Notes under the pieces: model-generated | Database searches by the model: none | Seen by the model: the letters and a program-made list of their open reading frames with translations, nothing else | Told to the model about the DNA's origin: nothing | In this document: piece after piece, positions 23,524-34,044 of the stretch | Layout of the letters: every line of letters begins with the position of its first letter | Numbering within the stretch: position 1 is the first letter of the stretch | Program-made: the position numbers and the translations under genes | Origin: Azolla caroliniana | Taxonomy: Eukaryota > Plantae > Polypodiophyta | Reading direction: 5' to 3' | DNA length: 64,000 bases | NCBI GenBank assembly: GCA_043228905.1 | Contig: JBHGNT010000018.1 | Coordinates: 1,736,001-1,800,000, forward strand

Positions 23524-26500
23524 ATGGCAGCAGCTATGAGGGAATCATGGATTTTAACTGCGAGAGTCACTATATTGCTGATGATAATGAATCTGACATC
23601 AGAAACCAGTGGATCGATGCACCGACAACCAAACTACTCTAAAATCGATAAGAATTTCAGTAGTTATAAGATGCTACAAACGTTGGACCGGAGAAAGCTC
23701 CTAACCTGCCATGATCCCAATCCTTATCTTCTTGTCTCTCATAATGTTTCTGGCCCACTTGCTGATAGACAGACTGTGACAGTGACTGTGAGTGGAGTCA
23801 TTATACCTAGTGAGTTGGATTGGATAGCAGTGGTATCTCCATCAACCTCTGAGTATCTCTCTCTCTCTCTCTAAATGTGTCTATTTCTATGAATTTTCAA
23901 TTTTTAAAGGGGAGTTTTTTTTCTGTATAGTCGTACATAAATTTCATAATGATGCACTACATGCCCATTCATCTTCTAATAGTAGCTCTTGTAGAAACAA
24001 AGCTTCTTAGCTTCAAAACGATGAAGGCAAGTTTGCCTTAAAATTCAATGTCCAGCCAATCATGCCACATGTGTACACTGTTGATAAATTTTCTAGTATT
24101 TTCCCCATTTCAGATTTATCAAGTATAGGTGCTGATTTCCACATCCATTCATGTTTGGCCCATCATCTCTACATACTTTTCATGGAGTAAATATTGATGC
24201 ATATAAATATTTTTAAAAGATTTTGTAGGAAAATATAAAATGACCAGTAAAGATAGAAACACCAACATATTACTATTGAGACCTTTACCATTAATTTGGC
24301 TCAAGTTGAGACAATTCTAGGGTTTATTGGATGTTAATACAAAACACAGGTATAAGAATATGGTTATCTTTTGTATGTAGCATGAGTACATGCATACAAG
24401 ATGAAGGGTTGTACACGGAAACAGGAGACCTTGCTTCCTTGCCCTTGTTATGCCATTATCCGCTAAAGGTGAAAATTATCCCTGATTATTATTACCCTTC
24501 ATGTTTTTGTATTCATAAGTTTTTCCATATTGCACACATAAATATCTTCTTCTTCTTCTTCTTCTTTCCCTCTTTGCAGTTTCAATTCTTGAAGGATGAT
24601 CCTACTTACATGAAGTGTTCAACGCAAAAGTGTTCAAAACGTATTCTAGGAGTTTGTGTGGCGAGGTCTTGTAGTGGGTCTCTCACGTTCGACATCATTA
24701 ACATTAGGACTGACATTAAATTTGTCTTCTTCACCGGCGGATTTCATGCCCCTTGTGTACTTGCTTATTCTTCTCCACTTTCATTTGCCAATCCTAACCA
24801 ACCACTCTATGGTCACCTGTCACTAGTTGATTCTAGTGGAATGACTGTAAGGTCCTCATCTAAATAATTTCTTTGCTTGCATGGGTGATAAGAACGATAG
24901 GAAATAACAATTTTATTACTTTGCATGGGCGATAAGGACAATAAGAATTAAAAAGGTCTTGACTTTTATGGTGATAAGTAGGATAAAAATACTAAATTCT
25001 TCATTTTCACTTTGATTAATAAGTCGAAAAAAGAATAATGTCAAAAAATGATCATGTAACAGGATGGCGCTTGTAATTCTTTCTAAGAAACATCTTTCAA
25101 TTTTTATCTTCTGCAGATGAGACTTACTTGGGTGAGTGCAAAATCAGATCCACAAACTGTGAGATTTGCCAAAGGAAAGTCTGCTCTGGCCATCGTCTCA
25201 ACATTCAATCAAAGTGATATGTGTGGTGTGTAATGAAAATGCCTTTTGTTTAATTGGTGCATTGTGGGGAGGACATGTGCATGGGGATATGTGTTTTGCG
25301 AGAGTTTATTATCTTAGGTTGGTAACAGTGATGATGCTTCAGGCCATTTCATATCAGATTGTTGAAGTGAATACATGAAGATGTAAACTAAAAGCAATTG
25401 TTTTGTATGATCCTAACTCAGATGGAAATTTTCATGTCAGAGAAATATATTATTATGTATTCAGTGAGATATTTGAACCTATCTGTCTCTCATACATTGA
25501 TTTCTTTATATCCTGATAGATGAAATTCCGGGGCCAGCTTCAAATCTTGGTTGGCACAGCCCTGGATTTATACATTCTGCTATTTTGACTGGATTGTCTC
25601 CATCAATGAGCTATTCATATGAATATGGCAGGTCTGTCTTAAGGTTCATCTATGCACTATGATTGAACATTGCTTAGTAACTCCTATAATTCAAGGTTCA
25701 ATATGCCTCAGATTAGGTTATACACTTTCTTTCTTTTTTGTAATCAACCATGATTTTTTATCATATCACATATCCATTCAGTTAGATTTTTATTTGTTAG
25801 TAATCAAGCTGGATGGAGCTCAATTCAGAAGATGAAGACACCACCTGCTTCAGGTTCATCAGAACTGAATTTTATTGCCTTTGGTGATATGGGCAAGGCT
25901 CCTCGTGACCATTCAAATGGCCATTATATTCAAGTAAAGTTTTCTATTTTTTTATTGAGTGAAAAATATTGCAAAAGATAAACCACAGTTCGAGCACATA
26001 AAGAGAATATTTTTAGTCTCGTGATGTTCCTATCTTGTTACATTTTCAATGGAGTGATAGTGAACTTTCTATGCCCTCAAAGAAAATTCATGAAATACTA
26101 TAATGTGCCAAATGTTTCCTTTTTAAATGTTTGTAGCCAGGATCCTTGAACGTTAGTAGTGCTATCTTGAGGGAAGTGGCATCTGGAAAGGTGGATTTGA
26201 TTCTGCACATTGGGGACATATCTTATGCGACAGGATTTCTAGCTGAATGGGACCAATTTTTGGACATAATCACACCAATTGCTTCGAACATTCCGTACAT
26301 GACTGCCATTGGGAATCATGAAAGGTAAAATAAAATAAGCATTTCTCCATTTGACTATGCAATTTGTATATTTCCCTCGTTTAATTTTCTTTTAGAAATG
26401 TGGTTTAATAGCAGCAACTCAAAGAACATAAGCACTGTTGAGACATCAATCTTCTCAAATTATTTTTAAGTTAGCTAATTCAGTGGCTTCTAAACTGAAA

Positions 26501-28000
26501 ATTATAATTGATTCCTCTATTTTAATGAATGATTAGATAAATATATATGGATAATCCTGGAATAGATATGAAACTATAAAGGACCTTTGATAGTCTTATA
26601 AAGGATCATTTTGTTCTTTTCCTGTTATAAAGATTGAGCTGAATTTGCAGAGATTTTCCCAAGTCTGGATCCTATTACTCATCTACGGATTCTGGTGGTG
26701 AATGTGGTGTTCCATATGAGACTTACTTTCAGATGCCCACCCAAGGGAAAGATAAGCCTTGGTATTCCTTTGAATCTGGCCCAGTGCATTTCACAGTTAT
26801 GTCTACAGAGCATAACTGGATTGTTGGAAGTGAACAGGTAAGGTAGTACACACTCATACTGATTGATTTCGATGGTTTGGCAGATGTACTAAGCTACTGA
26901 TATCTGACTTATGACCTTGGGTTGTGTGCCTCAGTACAACTGGATCCAAACTGATTTTGCTTCTGTAGACAGGAAAAGAACACCATGGCTCATATTTTCA
27001 GGGTAAATATACATGCATTCTTTCTTAAGTTTTAGTATCCGCATGATTTATTGGAATACGTTGTGGTTGGTCAATGAGATATGTTTTTTTATTGACCAAA
27101 CCATGGGCTTGCATTCTTATTCCACAGTCATCGACCTCAATATGCGTCATTAAGTGAAAATTTAATTATCAACACATTGCTTCCTGCTGTGGATCCATCA
27201 TTCTCTGCTGAAGTAGAGCCCCTTCTTCTTGAAGGGCAGGTACTATATATCATACTATCATAATGTTAATGTCTAAACCAGAAGTGTCCTAAAAAAAACT
27301 CACTACATATCATATACTCATTATCTCATAATATTGATGTCTGTATACCAGAAGTGTCATAAAAAAACTCATGATCCCACCCACATATACACATGGAGCT
27401 TAATACTTGCATTTCTTTTTTGTTTATTTCCCAATTGTAAATCTGCATCAAAGTCTCACACGTCTTATGTTTTTTCAGGTTGATCTAGCCTTGTGGGGTC
27501 ATGTGCACAATTATGAACGAACCTGTGCTGTCTATCAAGGAAGATGCTCCCTGCTTCCTTTTAGATCTGAGGAGAATGGTGCTGATATATATAAAAGCAA
27601 CTCTTACAGAGCTCCTGTACATGTCATTGTGGGAATGGGGGGTTTTGAACTTGACAAGTTTGCTGAATCTGTGAGTTCTATATATCTTCTTTCGTATGTC
27701 GTTTTTCTCAACTGTGTTCCAAACATGTGGCGGCATGTATAAATTCATATATTTTGCAGCATCAAAACTGGAGTTTATCACGAATTTGCAATTATGGATA
27801 CGCTAAGATAAATGCAACACCTTATCAGCTTCAGTTTCAGGTGAAAGAAATGTTCCATCGCCCCTTGATATGTAGGATGACTGGGTGGACAGTATTTTGT
27901 GGAGATATCCTTACCTGCTTTTGTTATTGTGTGTTTCTCACAGTTGATAACCACCGATGATGGCAGCATTCAAGATTCATTTGTAATTCTCAAGGAATAG
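23524..28000 (+). CDS. Purple acid phosphatase, nucleotide pyrophosphatase/phosphodiesterase (PAP1/24/27-like) type, 13 exons
   Basis: Exons delimited by GT-AG: 23524-23852, 24381-24468, 24580-24846, 25117-25225, 25520-25631, 25801-25933, 26137-26324, 26651-26837, 26935-27002, 27128-27239, 27479-27670, 27760-27840, 27944-28000 (TAG). Hydrophobic N-terminus. Motifs LPLLCHYPLK, INIRTDIKFVFF, GWHSPG; metal-ligand motifs GDMG, GDISY, GNHE, GHRP, GHVHNYER; also DSGGECGVPY. Confidence 0.93.
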
Positions 28001-28599
28001 GTGGAGAAGCCTCAATTGATCCATCACTCTTTGAAGAGTGTTTCATTTGATTCTCGACGCTATGAATTTCTTTAACCACCTATAACAGATGTAAAACAAA
28101 CACTCTTCAACCCCAAATGCCCCAAGCGTTCTTTCATCCTCAACCTGATCTAAAGACAATTACGGAATGACAGATGGATCCAATAAAGTGGTTCTCACGG
28201 AAAAAGCATGTAAATTTGCTTGACCTATAAACTTCATGTACTGCACATAACATTTGAAATAACGAAGATTCCTTTTAATTAGTGCACTCTACAATAATCT
28301 GAAACAAGGAAGAACCATTCAAACTAAGTTACTCAACATTGAATCAATGAGTGCAGAGATACTCTATAACAATCTGAAATAATGAAGATAATGTCAAACC
28401 AAAGGAGATTCTATCTATACTTACACCATTCCATTTCCTTTGATTTCAATCAGCGGTTGCATAGTCAACCTTTACTTCAACGACACATTTTCTCAAGTGC
28501 ATTTCTAAACATATGTTCTTGTAGTAACTTGGCACTTCAAAATAGAGAGGCAGGAGAACATATTCACAATCATGCATGTCTCTGATTGTCCATACACCT

Positions 28600-29960
28600 G
28601 CTATAGTATCAACTATGCATGCGGTTCAATGCAAATTGATAGATCAAGTTAGTCCTATACATCCTCTTCACACACTTTTTGTCCTCTAGAATACACCTTT
28701 TTATAAGACAATATTCCCTAATGATGCCAGATTTTACTATGCCCTCATCCCTGACGTATATAAGCATTCCTGAACCCTTCATTTGCCTGATCAAAGTTCC
28801 ATTGGAAATTCTATAGACTAATCATACAACAGTGTTAATATGAATGAAATCCTTGAGGTTTTTTTAGGGATTATCAACATATGCAAATGCCATCTTGCTT
28901 TCTCAGACAATCTTTAGGGCAGCTCTTGTTGACCTTGACCAGTTACTCGTAAGGTCGAGATTGGTTTTGACATATGCAACTGTAGGCATCCATATTCAAA
29001 GAAGAGACAAGCAAGCTCCCATGATTCAAGACTCTAAGACTGTACATTATTTTCATAGCACTGCATACTAAATCATTTCTGGGTCTTTCTCAGGTTACAT
29101 ACAGTTAGCATGCATATCAACAACAGTATAGAGGTACACAGTTATTTTTTTCTCAACAGATTTAATGTATATTTCTTGGCCAAGAAAGACTATGAGTGTC
29201 TTCCAGATAAGAAGTAATGCACTGAATTTGAAGGGATCCCAACAAGCCTGAATCTTTAGAGCTGTTCAATGTTTCTCAACATGCCCACCTCACAAATATC
29301 CAATAGCATAGCAAAATTTATAAGACTATGTTGAGAATATTCTTAACCATATCTATATTGTGAACATTTAGCAATTAGTGCAGTTTATTGAGAGTATATA
29401 TTGCACAGCGAGATCATTAAACAGTTAATTTCTGCTTTGCCAAAGCTCACGACAGAGCATTTGGCATACATAACTAAAAATGCAATACCATCCTTTTTAC
29501 AGCAGATCATAAGCAACCTTCATATGCATTCACAGTCCTCGCCCATTTCTCCAGCATTCTCATAGCCATCTTTCAACCAGTCTCAATACTTTCCACTGAT
29601 TTTTCCAAACTCAAAGATGTTATCACTTTCTGCTACCATTATGTTCTCCCTAAAGATAATGTGAAAAAATGGGAATTCAAATTACTTCAGAATCATCATA
29701 CTTTATTATAAAGGGAAGATGAAAAATCAGTCGGGCCATCACAAGCTAAATCAGTATCCAATTGTAAAGAATCAAATAGCTGAATACGCTGATGCAATTT
29801 TGAGATACTGCATGAGAATTATGACCTTGAAACTCATGTGCTTCATTGACTTCAAAGAGGCAGAAAGATCATCTCCAATACTTTGAAAGGGCCACATGTC
29901 CACAATTAATGTCACATAAGACAAAAGGAAGACAACCTTGAACAAACAAGTCAAGAAACT
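28600..29960 (-). pseudogene. Probable heavily decayed PLS-PPR remnant
   Basis: Scattered PPR-like fragments on the minus strand (TLIVDMW, VMYAKC, TALIAK, LGQEIYI, TVVDMHANC) with many stops and frameshifts. Confidence 0.4.
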
Positions 29961-30287
29961 CATAGCTCGTATTATTTAGTTCCATCATTGTTGTATCAGG
30001 AGGGATGAATATTTTCTCTTTGCAGTCTAACCATTGATCTTGGTGTTGTTTTTGAAGCTTTCCTTTTTGCTAACCCTTGTCTTACGCACTTTTTAAGAAA
30101 TGGGAAAATAAGGATTGAACCTGACATTAGTATTTAGCCAGCGAAAGAATTATCCATGTTTATATTAAATACGACCAACTTTTAAAATACTCTAGGAAGG
30201 TTATGGCATTTCCATAAATGACCAATTCATCAAATTATCACAAAGAAATTTACAAATATGCATATCCATCTTAGCTGTTCAACATTA

Positions 30288-31988
30288 TTATCTCCTCCAG
30301 GATACATGGGCCTCTTTAATCTCTTCATCCTCACCACACCCAACAGCATTATTGTCTTCATCATCTGCCTCATCCATAGTTTCCATGCCCTCCATTTCTA
30401 CAGCAATCTGCTCATTTACTTCCTCGCTCTCTCCCTCATGATCCTCATCTTTCTCATCACTGGGATATACTCTCCCATATAAAGGTTTCATCCCATAATC
30501 ATGATTTCCAGTTTTCATGTCTTTACTGTGATCTCCAGTTTTCATAGATTCATATTCATTTTCAATTTTAGTGACCTCATCATCATCTTCTCCTTCAGTT
30601 TGCATGCCTCCATCTTCATCCTTGATTTTAGTGTCTTCACCTTCATCTTCAGTTTGCATCCCTCCATCTTCATCTTCAGTTTGTGTGCCTTCATCTTCGT
30701 ATACTTTCTTTTCCATTTCCAGTACCCTGGACCTCATATCACCATCTGCTTCATCCTCACTTGTATCACTATCAATATCTGCGAAGTCTTTCCTAGATTT
30801 CTTGACACACTTGGTTCCCATTCTAATAAGTTCCATGAACCTTTGTTTCACTGAGTGTATCACATCTTTCTCTAACACCTGACCCTTCCTATATCCTTCC
30901 CTCAAGAAGATAGTTTGAACATTCCCCTTAATGGACATGTAAAAAATCCCTGGATTTTGCAAAACAGTTATTCCAAGTTTTTGGGGGAGCTTATAATCTT
31001 CTCTCAAATGAGCCAATCGATCAACCTGTGTTCTTTTCTCGACAGTTATATGCAAAAATTCATGCACAACAGCAACCGCACGCTTGAATGCCTCGTCGGA
31101 TTGAAGATCAAGGTCACTCGTATCGTCATATGGCGACCGGTAAGGCAATTCTTGCCATTTCCTCATTTTGATTCGAAAACCCTTCTTTATCTTGAAACCA
31201 GGAGGAAGATTAATGGGAAATGAATAAGCCTTTTTTCTCTTCTCTGATTCACAAAGACCACTGGTGGTATCTGGGTTCTGCCGAAAAGCTTCTATCGCGG
31301 GTATCGCATATTGAGGATCCCACTCAAGAAGCTTCACACTTGGTGATACTTTACCAACATCCTTCTTTGCAATCACGAGCTTGAAAAGATGTGGATTTGC
31401 TTTGATGACTGATTTTTTGAAATCGTCAGGTAAACCCAACTCGTCCTTAACATATCTGATTCGATCAAGCCGAATCCTCCTAGTGCTAGAAAGCATCAAA
31501 ACCTTTCTTAACCTTTCAGCACACAAATGTGCTCTTTCTTTCTTTATCCTTTGCTCATCTTCTAATAATTGCAATATAGGCTTAGCTAAAGTAACCCATA
31601 TATTAACCTCTTGTGGGTTTCTATAAATCCTTATGATCCTTGGATATTTCTGAAGAATATCACTCATTTTTTGCGGCTTAACAAGACCCACATATCCTCC
31701 TCTTCTGAGCATATATCTGAGAAGCATTTTCTTCTCGGGTTGTTTAAGCAGAAGTCTTATAATACGTTTCATGAGGTTCATTTTCTTCTCATCATCTAAT
31801 GAATTCTCAAAAGAGGCATCCCTGTGTTTGTTCAAAAGAAGCTTGTTCTTTGTAATTTTGTTATAGACAACATACCTGCACTGAAGAAATGCATGAGGTT
31901 GGGAGAATAGCACAAGGTTGGAGGAAGGGGAAGAGGGAGAAGAAGATGCGTTGATGCAGAATTTCTTGACAGATCGAAGGGCCCACAT
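30288..31988 (-). CDS. PORR-domain (plant organelle RNA recognition; WTF1/RPD1 family) protein, 566 aa, intronless
   Basis: Ser-rich transit-like N-terminus. PORR signatures ERLRKVLMLS, ELGLPDDF, LLEWDPQYA, WQELPYRSPY, KRAVAVVHEFLHITVEKRT, PGIFYMSIKG..TIFLREGY. Acidic C-terminal tail. Confidence 0.92.
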   Translation of the reverse strand: MWALRSVKKFCINASSSPSSPSSNLVLFSQPHAFLQCRYVVYNKITKNKLLLNKHRDASFENSLDDEKKMNLMKRIIRLLLKQPEKKMLLRYMLRRGGYVGLVKPQKMSDILQKYPRIIRIYRNPQEVNIWVTLAKPILQLLEDEQRIKKERAHLCAERLRKVLMLSSTRRIRLDRIRYVKDELGLPDDFKKSVIKANPHLFKLVIAKKDVGKVSPSVKLLEWDPQYAIPAIEAFRQNPDTTSGLCESEKRKKAYSFPINLPPGFKIKKGFRIKMRKWQELPYRSPYDDTSDLDLQSDEAFKRAVAVVHEFLHITVEKRTQVDRLAHLREDYKLPQKLGITVLQNPGIFYMSIKGNVQTIFLREGYRKGQVLEKDVIHSVKQRFMELIRMGTKCVKKSRKDFADIDSDTSEDEADGDMRSRVLEMEKKVYEDEGTQTEDEDGGMQTEDEGEDTKIKDEDGGMQTEGEDDDEVTKIENEYESMKTGDHSKDMKTGNHDYGMKPLYGRVYPSDEKDEDHEGESEEVNEQIAVEMEGMETMDEADDEDNNAVGCGEDEEIKEAHVSWRR

Positions 31989-32207
31989 AATAGGATGAAT
32001 GTAGAATCAACCCAACTCAAAGCTTTTACGGAATGGCGATTTCTATGAAGACACTGTGGAAGAGGACATGGCGCCACTTTTTACTCTGTTTCAATCTCCA
32101 TGGCCAAGGCTGTGTGTACAGCGCTTAAACCCTGTTGTGATGGAGAGGAAGGGGTTTGGGGGGGGCCAAGGTGTAGATGGTTCATTCACACCTGCAGTTG
32201 TATCAAC

Positions 32208-32510
32208 TAGGAGTCACAAACGGTTCAAGCTTCAACCGAGCCGTTAAACCGTTTTAATCAATAACCATTTTAAACATTTAAGTTAAAATAAATAAATAAA
32301 TAAATAACCATTAATTAAACCATTAAATTAATAAACTATTAAAGTAAAAAAATAAGTTACCCAAAAACCTATAAACCCGAGTTTTAGAACCAAAACGAAC
32401 CGTTTATCGAAAATCCAAACCAAACCATTAAATTTTTTTGGAACCAATAAACCGTTAAACCATGGCTTAACGGTTCGGTTCAGTTTGAACGGAAACCGTG
32501 CCCATTGCTA
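32208..32510. mobile_element. Non-autonomous hAT-like MITE
   Basis: TAG...CTA ends (TAGGAGTCACAAACGGTT / AACCGTGCCCATTGCTA), repeated AACCG/CGGTT subterminal motifs and an AT-rich core. No clean 8-bp TSD. Confidence 0.55.
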
Positions 32511-33538
32511 GGTATGATCACACAAAAACCCAAACATTACATTGAAAATCGGTATATTTGCACAAAAAATCTAACACTATATATCAATAGCTTTCTTCCC
32601 TACTCATGTGAGGCCACAACGAGTTCCATAACATGCACACCTCATGTATAAACAAACATATGCTCATTTCAACCCCAAGGATTTCCTTGTTACATGATAC
32701 ATCGCATATGTGGGTCATGAGTCATGACCATTTGTCCATTCTAAACACTATTTTGTTTCAAGTGATTTCCTTTGCATTTTGATCACTCATGTGATGGAGT
32801 TATACTACTGCACAATAAGATGGGGCATTACAATGTTCGGGAAATTTTTATCCTACCACAATGTTTTCAGAATTTACTAGAAAGTTAATAAATAACCTTT
32901 TATATTTTGTTCCCTCCATGTGTGTACATTTATTACCAATGCTAAATTTGTTGGCCAACATCTTAGCTAATTTAAATCAATGCTAGACAATCTACAAAGG
33001 GAAACATTATATATATCCCCAACACGATAGCTATATATAGCCTCGTGTGTTGATTATTATGAGTACATAGTGCCAAGGTCCGGTCCTACGTGGTTGGTGG
33101 ACTTCGCTTAGTCTAACGCGTCATAGAAAAGTTGCCCACCCAACATTTAATAGAGAGCAAGATAAGCTTGCTCCAAATAAATTCAAGTGTTTTAGTTTGA
33201 ATGAACGACCAACACATTAAGCCATTCTATTCTATTCGTCTACATTGACCCAAGCTGTAACGAATATGCCCCTGCTCCTCTTATAAACAGATCGATCAGA
33301 TGTTAATAAGGTAACGAGCGAGCGCAACCTCAGCATAGATGTTTGTGGGGTGTTCCCAGGGGATCGGGCTCCAATGAAGTTGCAATGATTTGGTGCCACA
33401 TACGGGGCTTAATGATAGCGTGTGCATGACCGGGATGCAGATCGGGCGGGCGGGCGGGCAGACGAACTGAACAGTCAAAGAAGGTCATGTCATGTGGGCA
33501 GCTCATGCATGACCGTACTGTGGAAAAAAAGAAGGATG

Positions 33539-33771
33539 AGAGAGGATGTGTGGGGCACCACATCCACATCTTCTCTCTACCCTCGCTTTTTGCCTGGAAG
33601 AGAGAGGATGTGTGGGGCACCACCACCATCCACTTCCACATCCTCTCTCTAACCTCGCTTTTTTCATCGAAGAGAGAGGATGTGGCATGTCCACATACTC
33701 TCTCTACTTCCTTTACTGCTGCTGGTAGAGAGAGGATGTGGCTGGGATGTATTCGTCCACATCCTCTCTCT
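33539..33771. repeat. Array of four stem-loops with conserved AGAGAGGATGTG/CACATCCTCTCT arms
   Basis: Hairpins at 33539-33578, 33599-33650, 33671-33705 and 33727-33771, with different loops and ~20-bp spacers. Confidence 0.85.
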
Positions 33772-34044
33772 ACATTGCTGCAGTGTCAGCTTTCAGCAGA
33801 AGAAGACAAGAAGAAGGCGATGAAGAAGAAGAGGAAGTCTGCAGAAGAAGAAGAAGTCTGCAGAAGAAGAGAAGGAGGACGACAAGAAGAAGAAGAAAGA
33901 AAGAAAGAAAGAAAATGAAGAAAACGCAACATTTTCATCGTCTCTCCTAACCTTTGAATTGTTTGTTGTTCGGAGAAGACAGGTATTTTTTTGAATTTGT
34001 TGTTGTTGTTGAAACGCAAAAAAAACAACAAAAAAAAAAACAAA

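Noticed and set aside
33539-33771. CRISPR or miRNA call for the hairpin array
   Set aside because: The variable parts are loops inside palindromes, the individual stems are too short for a canonical plant pre-miRNA, and there are no cas genes. Kept as an unexplained repeat.
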